Source: Holosporales bacterium (GTDB lineage Bacteria > Pseudomonadota > Alphaproteobacteria > JAJTHO01). From it: 64,000 bases of DNA. A model generated the notes under the pieces. It did not search any database. It was not told where the DNA came from and worked only from the letters and a program-made list of their open reading frames with translations. This document shows, piece by piece, positions 29,564 through 39,458 of the stretch. Each line of letters begins with the position of its first letter. Within the stretch, counting starts at the first letter, position 1. The DNA is taken from NCBI GenBank assembly GCA_046318675.1, contig JBKCUA010000033.1, forward strand, positions 2,858 to 66,857. Reading direction: 5' to 3'. The position numbers and the translations under genes were made by a program.

Positions 29564-31498
29564 TCAGGTTATATTTTTAAGGTGTTCTTTGTTTAGCTCA
29601 CCAATAAAGCGGGAGGGTGCCATTCCTTGCCAACTACCATAAATGCGGCGGCTATGAGCGTGGGAGATATAAGCGTGTTCTCGAGCCCGTGTCAGGCCAA
29701 CATAGGCCAGACGACGCTCTTCCTCTAGGTTTCCGTCGTCCACGGAACGCTGGCTGGGGAAGACACCTTCTTCCCACCCCGGCAGGAAAACAACTGGAAA
29801 TTCAAGGCCTTTTGCGGCATGTAAAGTCATGATGGTGACGGCTTCGGGATTATCAGCTCGGGCGGCGTCGGTAACAAGGCTGATGTGTTCTAAAAACGCG
29901 GCTAGGCTTTGAAATTCATCAATGGCTCTTGCAAGCTCTTTGAGGTTGTCAAGGCGACCTTTTGCTTCCGGGGTATCTTCGGCTTGAAGCATAGCGGTAT
30001 ACCCCGATTCCTCCAAAATATTTTTGAGCAAATCCGCCGGGGGCAGGGCACTAGCCATCTCCCGCCACCGGTTTAGGGACGCGGAAAAACCGGCTAGGGC
30101 GCGGCTGGTGCCGGGGCGCAGGCCGGGAGTGCTGGCTATAGCGGCAAGCAGACTGCATCCTTGATTGCGCGCAGTATTTTGCAGATGCTGAATAGTCGTT
30201 AGTGAAATACCCCGGCGCGGGGTATTGATGATGCGCTCAAAGGCTAGGTCATCCCGGGGCTGAAAAATCAACCTCAGGTATGCAATCGCATCTTTAATCT
30301 CGGCTCGGTCGTAGAAACGCTGTCCAGCCAAAACGCGATATGGCACAGCAATCTGGAGAAGGCGTTCTTCAAATTCCCGTGTTTGATACCCTGCCCGAAC
30401 CAGAATCGCCATATGCGCCAACGCGGTGCCGGAACGGCGTAAGTGTTCAATTTCTTCACCGATCCGCCGTGCTTCTTCACTGCCGTCGAGGGCGGAGATA
30501 AGGCGCACCTTTTCCCCACCAGTTTCTTGTGTCCACAGGGTTTTGCCAAGGCGGCCACTGTTATTGGCGATGAGGCCGGAGGCAGCCCCCAGAATATGAT
30601 GGGTGGATCGGTAATTTTGTTCCAATCGTACTACTAATGCGCCGGGAAAATCGCGCTCAAACTTGAGGATATTTTCAATCTGCGCCCCGCGCCATGAATA
30701 AATCGACTGATCGTCGTCACCGACACAGCAAATGTTGCCGTGCCCCTGCGCCAGCAAGCGAAGCCACAGGTATTGCGCTGTGTTTGTATCCTGATACTCA
30801 TCCACTAATATATAGTGAAACTGGTCTTGATACTTGCGTAGGGTATCCGGGGAGAGTTTGAATAGATGCAAACAGTTGAGGAGCAAATCGCCAAAATCCA
30901 TGGCGTTGAGAGTTTTCAGGCGTTCTTGGTAGTGCTGGTACAGGCCAATGGCTTTGCCGTTTAGTTGGTTGCGGCGTTCGCTGGTGGGCACCTCGTCCGG
31001 GGTCAGGCCGCGATCCTTCCAGCGATCAATGATGGATAGCACGAGGCGAGGCGGGGTCTGTTTGCTGTCAATGCCTTCGGCATCGAGGAGTTGTTTCATC
31101 AATCGTTGGCTATCATCGGTATCAAGAATGGTAAACTGCGGCGTAAAGCCAAGAATTTCCGCATGACGGCGCAGGAGCTTAGCGCATAGGCTGTGAAATG
31201 TACCAAGCCAGATACTCTCCGCCGCCCCGCCCACCAGATGGGTGACGCGCTCTTTCATCTCCCGCGCGGCCTTGTTGGTAAAAGTCACGGCCAGCACTTG
31301 CCACGGTTGTGCCGCCCGCTGTTTGAGGAGGGACGCCAATCGGTGGGTCAGCACTCGGGTTTTTCCCGTTCCTGCCCCGGCCAGAACCAACAGCGCGCCG
31401 TCGGCGTGCTCCACCGCTTGGCGTTGAGGATCGTTCAGGCCAGTGGTCAGGGTCGGGGTGGGGGTATCGGTATCGGGAAGGCAGACAAGGACGGACAC
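29564..31498 (-). CDS. ATP-dependent DNA helicase, UvrD/Rep family
   Basis: 644 aa; Walker A AGAGTGKT, motifs Ia-VI of SF1 helicases (TFTNKAAREM, VDEYQDTN, ...GLEF). Confidence 0.8.
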   Translation of the reverse strand: MSVLVCLPDTDTPTPTLTTGLNDPQRQAVEHADGALLVLAGAGTGKTRVLTHRLASLLKQRAAQPWQVLAVTFTNKAAREMKERVTHLVGGAAESIWLGTFHSLCAKLLRRHAEILGFTPQFTILDTDDSQRLMKQLLDAEGIDSKQTPPRLVLSIIDRWKDRGLTPDEVPTSERRNQLNGKAIGLYQHYQERLKTLNAMDFGDLLLNCLHLFKLSPDTLRKYQDQFHYILVDEYQDTNTAQYLWLRLLAQGHGNICCVGDDDQSIYSWRGAQIENILKFERDFPGALVVRLEQNYRSTHHILGAASGLIANNSGRLGKTLWTQETGGEKVRLISALDGSEEARRIGEEIEHLRRSGTALAHMAILVRAGYQTREFEERLLQIAVPYRVLAGQRFYDRAEIKDAIAYLRLIFQPRDDLAFERIINTPRRGISLTTIQHLQNTARNQGCSLLAAIASTPGLRPGTSRALAGFSASLNRWREMASALPPADLLKNILEESGYTAMLQAEDTPEAKGRLDNLKELARAIDEFQSLAAFLEHISLVTDAARADNPEAVTIMTLHAAKGLEFPVVFLPGWEEGVFPSQRSVDDGNLEEERRLAYVGLTRAREHAYISHAHSRRIYGSWQGMAPSRFIGELNKEHLKNIT

Positions 31499-31508
31499 GG
31501 GGGGATGC

Positions 31509-32324
31509 CTAACGTGTTTTTTTGCGTGAGACAGAATCTTGATAGGTCTTCTCGATAATATCTTTCGTTTTCGGGATGATTTTTTCTACTGCCGCAATGT
31601 TGCCTTCTTTTTTCAAGTCCGCGATATTTTCTTTGTTCGTTGATAGGCTGGTCATTTTACTTTTGTCTGTAAATTCAGTAGCGTAGCCGTAGGAGTATCC
31701 TTGAAGAACGTCAATAAACATCACCGTCACTTGGGTACGTCCTGTCAGGCTTTGGGTGGGAAGAGAACCTAAAGTTAACAAATTTATCAACCAAAAGCTT
31801 CTTTCTTCAATGTCGTAATCGAACCCGTATAATATTACAGCATCAAGATGCTGGCGTGCCGCTGCAAGGCGGACTTTATTGACAGCTAAGCTTGTATCAA
31901 TGTTATCTTGTCTCGGAGCGCGATTTTCGGTGGCGGCGGCAACCGCAAACGAGGCAGACAAGGGATCTAGAGGAATAAAGGTTCCATACGCAGGGCCGAC
32001 TTGTTTTGCCTGAGCTTCCCATAATGCAAGTTCTTCTGGCGGAATGGCCGTAATTTTCGCGTAGGGACCCAAGGAGTCCAAACGTACCAAGCCAATGCGG
32101 GCGGGAAAGGTCAGGGTCGGTTCAATGCTGGCGGCTTTGACCAGCATCTCGTTGAAGGTTATGGGGCGGTTACTACTGGCTTTATTGTCTGTAGCTGAGG
32201 TTTGTTTTAGCGTGCTGTATTTGGATAGGTAATCATCTCCAGAGGATTTTTGCACGCTTGTGGCGCAGGCAGACAACAGCAGCAGGCACATCAGAATGCT
32301 GAAACGGTGGTCGAAAGCGAACAT
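31509..32324 (-). CDS. hypothetical lipoprotein
   Basis: 271 aa; lipobox LLLSAC, stop 10 nt upstream of helicase start (operon); no recognised domain. Confidence 0.45.
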   Translation of the reverse strand: MFAFDHRFSILMCLLLLSACATSVQKSSGDDYLSKYSTLKQTSATDNKASSNRPITFNEMLVKAASIEPTLTFPARIGLVRLDSLGPYAKITAIPPEELALWEAQAKQVGPAYGTFIPLDPLSASFAVAAATENRAPRQDNIDTSLAVNKVRLAAARQHLDAVILYGFDYDIEERSFWLINLLTLGSLPTQSLTGRTQVTVMFIDVLQGYSYGYATEFTDKSKMTSLSTNKENIADLKKEGNIAAVEKIIPKTKDIIEKTYQDSVSRKKTR

Positions 32325-32496
32325 AGTTTTACCCTATCTTGGTGCTGTGGGTAGCAAGCCGCGGGGCTGGATGCACGGTTTTTTTTCGAGTGCTCTGTGG
32401 GTGCTGTGAAGGATTGAGGTCGTTTGCAAAAGGGGGGGGAGTTAATCCTATTTTATAAGCCTGTTCACTCTTGGCCAAAATGCTATAGAACCCCCC

Positions 32497-33366
32497 ATGA
32501 CTTGGAAAATCACCCTGCACACCACCACTGATCTTGCCCCGGCATGGGAGGAAGTTTTATCTGGCCTCGTGCCTGTGACGACCTGTTTTGCGACGGAGCC
32601 GGACGCCCCCACGTGGCGGGTGGAGGGGTACAGCGATGCGCCGATTCCCAAGGGCGAGCTGACGGCGCGGCTGGATATTGCGGCGGCGGCGATGAACGTG
32701 GCCATACCCGTGTGGGAAGTGGAGCATCTGGAGGCACGGGACTGGGTGGCGGAAAACCAGAAAGATTTCCCCCCCCTGCGTATTGGGCGGCGGTTTTTCA
32801 TCCACGGTTCCCACCACCAGGGCGGGGTTCCGGCGGGGCGTCTTGGCCTGTGCATTGATGCGGCAACGGCGTTTGGCACGGGGGAGCATCCCACCACCCG
32901 GGGCTGTATTATCTTGCTTGAGAGATTAAAGCGTCAGGGCTTCCGCCCCCGCACGGCACTTGATCTAGGGTGTGGCAGCGCGATTTTAGCTATGGCTATC
33001 ACCCGCCTGTGGCCTGAGTGCCGCGTGTTGGGCACGGATAACCACGCGCCTTCAGTACGAGTAGCGCGGGAGAATATGCGCCGCAATCGCTGTTCCTCTC
33101 GCACGACCCGCGCTGCCGTGGCTTCCGGCTTTCATCATCCTCTGTTTCGTGATTTGGGGCGGTTTGATCTGATTGTCGCCAATATTTTAGCTGCCCCCCT
33201 GTTTGCCCTTGCCCCGGATATCCGCCGCTACAGCCGTGGCTCCGTGGTGCTGTCGGGGTTGTTGGTACGGCAGGAGCGGCGGCTACACCTTGCCTACCGG
33301 GGTCGTTCTTTTACGCAGACTGCCTCACACCCCCTTACACCGTGGCAGGCACTTTTGTTGAGGTGA
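32497..33366 (+). CDS. prmA: ribosomal protein L11 methyltransferase
   Basis: 289 aa; FGTGEHPTT, DLGCGSAILAMA SAM-binding motif, PrmA architecture. Confidence 0.8.
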   Translation: MTWKITLHTTTDLAPAWEEVLSGLVPVTTCFATEPDAPTWRVEGYSDAPIPKGELTARLDIAAAAMNVAIPVWEVEHLEARDWVAENQKDFPPLRIGRRFFIHGSHHQGGVPAGRLGLCIDAATAFGTGEHPTTRGCIILLERLKRQGFRPRTALDLGCGSAILAMAITRLWPECRVLGTDNHAPSVRVARENMRRNRCSSRTTRAAVASGFHHPLFRDLGRFDLIVANILAAPLFALAPDIRRYSRGSVVLSGLLVRQERRLHLAYRGRSFTQTASHPLTPWQALLLR

Positions 33367-33375
33367 GGGGGGTGG

Positions 33376-33747
33376 TTAGCGTTCCTTAGGTTGATTTAAA
33401 AGATCCACTCGCATGACTTCACTGCGAGCAATCACCCGAGGATCGGTAGTATCGTAAGACTCGGAAGGATAGGGAACGCAGGATAATGCTACCATTTTTA
33501 GAAAATTGTTTTCATTTGAAGATTCTTCCTTTTTAGAAGTAGGGGCGGTTGAATGTGTCGCTGCGGTGCCTTGCAAAGCTGTTCCTGGCGTCTGAGTAAT
33601 GGTGGTTTGTGGTAAAGGTAAAGGTGCGAACCATATACACCCATAGATGATTGCATTAGAGGGTTTAATTTTTTGAAATTTTTCAAATAATTCTGCTTTG
33701 GTTAACTCCTTCCCCGGGGGGGGGGGATTATCAGGCTCATTCGCCAT
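33376..33747 (-). CDS. hypothetical protein with homopolymeric C11 tract in codons 7-11
   Basis: 123 aa ORF MANEPDNPPPPGKE...; no signal peptide; Ser/Thr-rich middle; no recognised domain. Confidence 0.3.
   Translation of the reverse strand: MANEPDNPPPPGKELTKAELFEKFQKIKPSNAIIYGCIWFAPLPLPQTTITQTPGTALQGTAATHSTAPTSKKEESSNENNFLKMVALSCVPYPSESYDTTDPRVIARSEVMRVDLLNQPKER
33712..33726. repeat. homopolymeric tract C4G11 (plus strand) = C11G4 on coding strand of ORF 33376-33747
   Basis: read directly; 11 identical nucleotides inside the 5' end of a CDS. Confidence 0.85.
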
Positions 33748-34133
33748 AAAGGGACTCCTCTTTTGGGTGACGTTAAAAAATATATTTAATTATGCTTTTT
33801 ATAGAACAAAGTAAAGTAAAATTTTTTACATCCCTTGACCCTCTGCGAGCTTTATTATAGAGTGACTGATATCACCTTAATCAAAGGAGCATTCCCTATG
33901 GCCGTCGTTATCACTGCTTTGCCGTGCTGGGTGGTTGCCTCCTGCTGGGGAGGAGCTCAAGGAATTTTTAACCATTCTCAATTTTTTGGATCACAGTTTA
34001 TAATTTTTGTCAAGCGAAAAATTTTTATTAAAATCAATAATTTATATGATTTTTGCAAAAGCGTTTCAAAAAGCTGTTTTTTTTCGCGGGCTTTTTTCGC
34101 TCCAAAGGGTATTTTTTTGGGGCGAATCACACA

Positions 34134-34487
34134 ATGTTGAAAAAGTCAACCCCCCATGCCTTGGGGGTAGCAGCGGAGGCTTTGGCGGCGCAGCGGTATC
34201 ATGCCGCCGGGGCAACGCTTCACAAAACCAGGTATAAGACCAAGGACGGTGAACTCGATCTTGTTTTAGAACACCAAGGAATCATTGTTTTTGTGGAGGT
34301 TAAGCGGCGCAAAACCCTTCCCGAGGGTCTGGAATCCATTACGACGCGCCAACAACAACGCCTGCGGGCTGCTGCTGCCCACTATCTTGCCGAGGTTGGT
34401 GCCCCCGATGCGTTATGTCGTTTTGATGCGGCGGTGGTCTTGCCGGATGGTTCTGTTCACCTTATACATAATGTTGATGTCACTTAA
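34134..34487 (+). CDS. yraN: UPF0102/YraN family endonuclease-like protein
   Basis: 117 aa from ATG 34134; LDLVLEHQGIIVFVEVKRR motif of YraN; precedes gshB as in many Proteobacteria. Confidence 0.7.
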   Translation: MLKKSTPHALGVAAEALAAQRYHAAGATLHKTRYKTKDGELDLVLEHQGIIVFVEVKRRKTLPEGLESITTRQQQRLRAAAAHYLAEVGAPDALCRFDAAVVLPDGSVHLIHNVDVT

Positions 34488-35436
34488 AACCAAGCCCTTG
34501 AGTGTTGTTGCCGTCATGGATCCGGTGGCCGGGATTGATCCGGAGACGGACACCACCTTTGCCCTTATGTTGGAGGCACAGCGTCGTGGCCACCGTGTGT
34601 TTTACGCTCGGCCTGATGATGTGCGCCTTGATAATAAGGGTGTTTCGGCTTGGCTGACTGATGTGACGTTGCATGACGCCAAGCCGCCCCATCATGCCGT
34701 TCTGGGGCACAGTGTTGAGAGCCGCTTTGATAGCATCGACGTGGTGCTTATTCGCCACGATCCGCCGTATGATATGCGGTATTTGACCCCGGCGTATATG
34801 CTGGAATTTTTACCGCCCCATGTTTTCTGCATCAACAACCCCCGCTCCATCCGGGATTGCCCGGAAAAAATTCTGCCGCTACGGTTTCCCGATCTAGTGC
34901 CCAGAACCTTGATTAGCCGTGATCCTAAGGCCTTGCGCGCTTTCTGGGAGGAGGAGGGTACCGCCGTGCTAAAACCCCTCTATCACCACGGCGGTGCGGG
35001 GGTTTTTGTTTTGAAGCCCGGGGACACCAATTTTAACAGCATGGTAGAGCTTCTTCAGGAGCAATACGCCGAACCGCTGATTATTCAACAATACCTGCCC
35101 GCAGTGCGTCAGGGGGATAAGCGGATTCTGCTTCTCGACGGGGAGCCGCTCGGTTGTATTGCCCGAATTCCTAAAGACAACGAAAGCCGGGCTAATCTTC
35201 ATGTGGGCGGTACGGCGGAATACCGCGGGCTTACCCCTAGGGATCATGAAATTTGCAAGGCATTAGCCCCCTTTTTGAGGGAGCGCGACCTATTCTTTGT
35301 CGGCATTGATGTGATTGGGGACTATCTAACGGAAATTAATGTTACCTCCCCAACCGTCTTACCGGAAATGGAGCAGTTGTCCGGCGATAATTTGAGGCAG
35401 CGTGTATGGCAATCTATCGAAGCCAAACGGGCATAA
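34477..35436 (+). CDS. gshB: glutathione synthetase
   Basis: near full-length similarity pattern to GshB (ATP-grasp: RHDPPYDMRY, NNPRSIRDCPEK, LPAVRQGDKRILLLDGEP, TEINVTSPT); start overlaps yraN stop. Confidence 0.88.
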   Translation: MSLKTKPLSVVAVMDPVAGIDPETDTTFALMLEAQRRGHRVFYARPDDVRLDNKGVSAWLTDVTLHDAKPPHHAVLGHSVESRFDSIDVVLIRHDPPYDMRYLTPAYMLEFLPPHVFCINNPRSIRDCPEKILPLRFPDLVPRTLISRDPKALRAFWEEEGTAVLKPLYHHGGAGVFVLKPGDTNFNSMVELLQEQYAEPLIIQQYLPAVRQGDKRILLLDGEPLGCIARIPKDNESRANLHVGGTAEYRGLTPRDHEICKALAPFLRERDLFFVGIDVIGDYLTEINVTSPTVLPEMEQLSGDNLRQRVWQSIEAKRA

Positions 35437-36497
35437 GCGCACGATCCGGCGAGATTCTTGCCCACGTCGTGGATGCCTACCTCGACACGGGGGAACCGGT
35501 GGGATCGAAGACCCTTGCCCAGCGCATGGGGTTAACCCTTTCTTCGGCCACGATTCGTAATGTGTTGATGGAATTAGAGGGGCGCGGTTTACTGTATGCG
35601 CCGCATACATCGGCGGGGCGATTACCGACGGAAGCAGGACTGCGCTATTTTGTCCACGGCTTGCTGGAATATGGTCAGGTTGCGCCGGATGCGGCGGCGG
35701 CCATTGGTGATACCTGCCGCTTGTCCGGTAAAAGTTATGAGCAAGCACTAGCTGAAGTAGGCGGGGTTTTGTCCGGTCTTGCTCATTGTGCTGGCTTTGT
35801 CTTGGCCCCCAAAGAGGATGAACCGATTCGTCAAGTTGAGTTTGTGGGTTTATCTGGGGATAAGGCTTTGGTGGTTTTGGTTTTGGAAAATGGGGTGGTG
35901 GAAAACCGTATTATTGAGACGTTGCCAGGGACAACATCGGCACAATTGCGTGAGGCCAGCTTGATTCTCAGTGATCGCTTAGTGGGCAAAACACTGGATC
36001 AAGTAGAACAGTTATTGGCACAAGAAGTTCAAGAATACCGCGATAATCTTGATGTTCTAATAGGCCGGTTGCTTCAGGCTGGCTTAGCTGTTTGGGGGGG
36101 TGATACGCCAAAGCAATCGCTTATTGTTCGTGGTCAAGCCCATTTGCTCGAAGAGGCGGCATTTGCTGGTGATACGGAAAAGGTGCGCCAATTGTTTGCT
36201 GCCCTTGAGACGCGGCAGACGTTGGCACAGTTGCTGACAGCAACGCGTGCGGCTCAGGGGGTACAAATCTTTATTGGTGCGGATAATGAGTTGTTCGGTA
36301 TTGCCGGGTGTTCTGCAATTGTTGCTCCATTTCGTAATACGACGGATAAAATTGTTGGGGCTATTGGGGTGATTGGTTCGGCGCGGCTTAATTATGCGCA
36401 CGTCATCCCCATGGTGGATTTTACCGCTAAAATGCTTACTAGACGCTTGGGTGGGAAAGAAACCGGCTCATTTAAGTCCACAGCGCAGGGTGGGTAG
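35406..36497 (+). CDS. hrcA: heat-inducible transcription repressor HrcA
   Basis: 363 aa; N-terminal winged-helix (ILAHVVDAYLDTGEPVGSKTLAQ), HrcA C-domain. Confidence 0.8.
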   Translation: MAIYRSQTGISARSGEILAHVVDAYLDTGEPVGSKTLAQRMGLTLSSATIRNVLMELEGRGLLYAPHTSAGRLPTEAGLRYFVHGLLEYGQVAPDAAAAIGDTCRLSGKSYEQALAEVGGVLSGLAHCAGFVLAPKEDEPIRQVEFVGLSGDKALVVLVLENGVVENRIIETLPGTTSAQLREASLILSDRLVGKTLDQVEQLLAQEVQEYRDNLDVLIGRLLQAGLAVWGGDTPKQSLIVRGQAHLLEEAAFAGDTEKVRQLFAALETRQTLAQLLTATRAAQGVQIFIGADNELFGIAGCSAIVAPFRNTTDKIVGAIGVIGSARLNYAHVIPMVDFTAKMLTRRLGGKETGSFKSTAQGG

Positions 36498-36580
36498 TTT
36501 TGTGTGAGAGAAAGTTTTTAGTGTGTCGTCACTCTTTTTTTACCATCCTTTTATACACATAGTCTTTACAGGGTAAAACA

Positions 36581-37222
36581 ATGTTTATTGTGCAAGCGTT
36601 ACAGGTTAGTTGTTTGAGCGGTACAATGATATCGGTGCCGTATTTTCGGCTGACTGAAAGTCAAACTTGTTTGGTGCGTGGAGCGTACAGTGAGGCTTCG
36701 TTTAGCCTATTATTAACATTAGTCGGGCTTGGGCATGTGATGGAAGGCAAGGTGAATCTTTGCGGAATAGATATTTATAAACTAAGCACATCAGCGCGTG
36801 ATAAATTCAGGGCGGTACATATGGGAGTTGTAGCGCGCCGCCGGTCGTTATTGGCGGGTCTTAGTGTCCAGAAAAACATGGCTATAGCCGCGAAGTTGGC
36901 GGGAAGAAAGCTAACGATGGAAGTAATACATGGGTTATTGGCACCATTGAATGTGAGTCATCTAGTAAATACTAAGGCCGAGGTTTTAGATTATATGCAG
37001 GCGCGGCGGGTTAGCGTTGCGAAGAGTTTAGTAAATAGTCCTAAGGTTTTATTTTTAGAAGAGCCTACTGCCGATATGTATCCCTATCATGCGGATGATT
37101 TTATGGATACGGTAAAGACATTAGCTCAAAAAAATGGTACGATTTTGGTGGTAATAAGCAACGATGCTCGATTGGAAGGGCAGTTCGAGCAGACAGTAAT
37201 AATTGAAGGAGATGCAACGTGA
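36581..37222 (+). CDS. ABC-ATPase-fold protein with all catalytic motifs degenerate (pseudo-ATPase)
   Basis: 213 aa; Walker A position reads GAYSEASFS (no Lys), signature reads YMQARRVSVAKSL, Walker B LFLEEPT (D to E), H-loop VVISND (H to N). Confidence 0.5.
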   Translation: MFIVQALQVSCLSGTMISVPYFRLTESQTCLVRGAYSEASFSLLLTLVGLGHVMEGKVNLCGIDIYKLSTSARDKFRAVHMGVVARRRSLLAGLSVQKNMAIAAKLAGRKLTMEVIHGLLAPLNVSHLVNTKAEVLDYMQARRVSVAKSLVNSPKVLFLEEPTADMYPYHADDFMDTVKTLAQKNGTILVVISNDARLEGQFEQTVIIEGDAT

Positions 37223-37794
37223 TGGTAGCCTGGATGTTTCTACGGCGGCGATTGTGTGCCGTATTGGCAAACAGTTTCTTTGCATCAGTGATGTTGGCGA
37301 CGGTGTTAGTGTTGTGGAAATGTTTGCAGCAAATTCCACCAGTTGCATTGACTGCTGTATTGGGTGAAGATGTGGAAGTATTGGCACGGACGCTGGAGAT
37401 TTTTGGGTTACCAGTGAAGATTTTCTTTGTGGTGATTGGTGTTTTTTCTTTTGTAGGATTTTTGTGTTTTTTTACCTCTTCGGTGCGGGAATATCGTCCA
37501 GAATTAGCATGGTTGCGGGTGACGGGTGTTACAAGATGGTCGTTGCTGCGGTTGCTGGTGTTGCAAGGGGTATTAGTGGCTGGTTGGGTGGTTTTGTTTG
37601 GAGTTGGTATTGGTTATGCTACATTGTTTTGGTTGCAGGATGCCCTTGTTGGACAATCGTTTGTATTCAATATGCCGCAGGTATGGGAAATTATAGTGTT
37701 TAGTGCAGTATTTGCCGCGGTGGTATTGGCGAGCTTATGGTCGGCAGTGATGGCAGCGCGTACCCCTGTGGATGATATTCTTGGTCGCTTATGA
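37219..37794 (+). CDS. minimal FtsX-like permease (4 TM)
   Basis: 191 aa; 4 TM helices, LRVTGVTRWSLLRLLVLQG resembling FtsX/LolC permease-domain motif; very short periplasmic loop; ATGA overlap with upstream and downstream genes. Confidence 0.45.
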   Translation: MMVAWMFLRRRLCAVLANSFFASVMLATVLVLWKCLQQIPPVALTAVLGEDVEVLARTLEIFGLPVKIFFVVIGVFSFVGFLCFFTSSVREYRPELAWLRVTGVTRWSLLRLLVLQGVLVAGWVVLFGVGIGYATLFWLQDALVGQSFVFNMPQVWEIIVFSAVFAAVVLASLWSAVMAARTPVDDILGRL

Positions 37795-38099
37795 TAATGT
37801 TGTATTGCCCCTGTCCGTCTAAGGCGGTGGCCCAGCAACTTGCTATTGATTTGCTTAATAAGCATCTTATTGGTTGTGCTAATATTCTGCCGATGATGGC
37901 CTCAATATATTGGTGGGAAGGGCAGATTACCGAAGAGATCGAGGTAGTATTGCTGGCAAAGACTCTGATAGCGAGGCAGGACGCGGTGCGCCAAGCAGTG
38001 GAAGCCGCTCATCCTTATACTGTGCCGTGCATTGCTTTCCTGCCTTTGGAGGGGGTCAATGAAGCGTATCAGAATTTTGTGAGGCGAAGCCTTGCTTAA
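37791..38099 (+). CDS. cutA: divalent-cation tolerance protein CutA
   Basis: 102 aa; CutA1 fold sequence (AQQLAIDLLNKHLIGCANI...IYWWEGQI...HPYTVPCIAFLPLEG). Confidence 0.8.
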   Translation: MIMLYCPCPSKAVAQQLAIDLLNKHLIGCANILPMMASIYWWEGQITEEIEVVLLAKTLIARQDAVRQAVEAAHPYTVPCIAFLPLEGVNEAYQNFVRRSLA

Positions 38100-38653
38100 A
38101 CTGCACTTATATCTTTTTCTTTTGCTACCAACAGAGCGTCAATTTCTTTAATATGAATGTCTGTTTCGTCTTGAAGATGCTTAGCCTGACGTTTTTCATC
38201 GTCTTCGGAAAGCTCTTTATTTTTTAACATTTTCTTTAATATATCCATGCCATCCCGGCGGACATTGCGAACACTGACTCGTGCGCCTTCAGCGTATTTG
38301 CCAGCAACTTTAGCCAACTCCGCACGGCGTTCTGCGGACAATTCTGGAACGGGTACCCGGATTACAGTGCCTTCCCCCATGGGATTTAGGCCAAGACCAG
38401 CATCACGGATAGCTTTTTCAACGGCTTTAGTATTTTCTTTGTCCCAGACTTGGACGCTAATAAGGCGAGCTTCGGGTGTGGAAATGGCGGCAAGTTGGTT
38501 GATCGGCATACGGCTTCCGTATACTTCTACTGTAATTGGATCAAGCATTGCAGCCGAGGCTCTTCCCGTCCGAAGTCCTTTAAATTCATTTCGTAAGGCC
38601 TCGACGGCGGCGTGCATACGGCGTTTTGAGTCTTTTGGGTCAAAAGTAGTCAT
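38096..38653 (-). CDS. frr: ribosome recycling factor
   Basis: 185 aa; canonical RRF sequence. Confidence 0.92.
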   Translation of the reverse strand: MTTFDPKDSKRRMHAAVEALRNEFKGLRTGRASAAMLDPITVEVYGSRMPINQLAAISTPEARLISVQVWDKENTKAVEKAIRDAGLGLNPMGEGTVIRVPVPELSAERRAELAKVAGKYAEGARVSVRNVRRDGMDILKKMLKNKELSEDDEKRQAKHLQDETDIHIKEIDALLVAKEKDISAV

Positions 38654-38662
38654 GTATCTTTT

Positions 38663-39409
38663 TTAAGACTTCCGTTGCCCGCCGACAAGAGTAAAGGCAC
38701 CCTCATGACGTAGCACTCGGGCTAGGTTGCCTGCCTCTAGAAGGGAAAATACTAAAATGGGGATGGCGTTATCCTTGGCTAAGGAAATGGCACTAGCATC
38801 CATGACTTTTAAATCTTTGGAAAGAACTTCTATATAATCAAGTTTTTCATACCTAGTGGCTGTTTTATCGTGTCGGGGATCAGCTGTGTAAACTCCATCA
38901 ACTTTGGTCGCTTTCAATAAAGCATCGCACCCCATTTCGACGGCGCGCAGAGCCGCGGCAGTATCCGTGGTGAAGAATGGGTTTCCAGTACCGGCGGCAA
39001 AGATGACCACCCGGCCTTTTTCCATGTGACGCATGGCGCGGCGGCGAATGTATGGTTCACACACGGCACTCATGGGAATGGCGGATTGCACCCGTGTTGA
39101 CACACCTTTGGCCTCCAGTGCGCTTTGTAGGCCGATGGCGTTCATGACAGTGGCCAACATACCCATGTAATCGGCACTTGCCCTATCCATTCCTTGTGCA
39201 GCACCCGAAATGCCGCGAAAAATATTGCCACCGCCCACCACAAGGCAAATTTGAATACCTTGTTGAACGGCGGCAATAATATCATCCGCAATGCGAGACA
39301 AAATTGTTGTATCAATGCCGTATTCTCTTTCGCCCATGAGAGCTTCTCCGGAAAGCTTTACAAGAACGCGACGGTAGTGAGCAGTAGGTGAGATCATGAT
39401 GGACACCAT
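38663..39409 (-). CDS. pyrH: UMP kinase
   Basis: 248 aa; amino-acid kinase fold, [16 protein letters not shown] motifs. Confidence 0.92.
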   Translation of the reverse strand: MVSIMISPTAHYRRVLVKLSGEALMGEREYGIDTTILSRIADDIIAAVQQGIQICLVVGGGNIFRGISGAAQGMDRASADYMGMLATVMNAIGLQSALEAKGVSTRVQSAIPMSAVCEPYIRRRAMRHMEKGRVVIFAAGTGNPFFTTDTAAALRAVEMGCDALLKATKVDGVYTADPRHDKTATRYEKLDYIEVLSKDLKVMDASAISLAKDNAIPILVFSLLEAGNLARVLRHEGAFTLVGGQRKS

Positions 39410-39458
39410 ACAACAACCGTTGTTGTAGGGTCGTCAACTGTTGATTGATGATAATTTA

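Noticed and set aside
33835-34140. A 101-aa ORF in the AT-rich gap before yraN.
   Set aside because: It has low-complexity Phe/Ile-rich translation typical of AT-rich non-coding DNA and overlaps the probable yraN promoter. The AT-richness itself is noted under the C11-tract finding.
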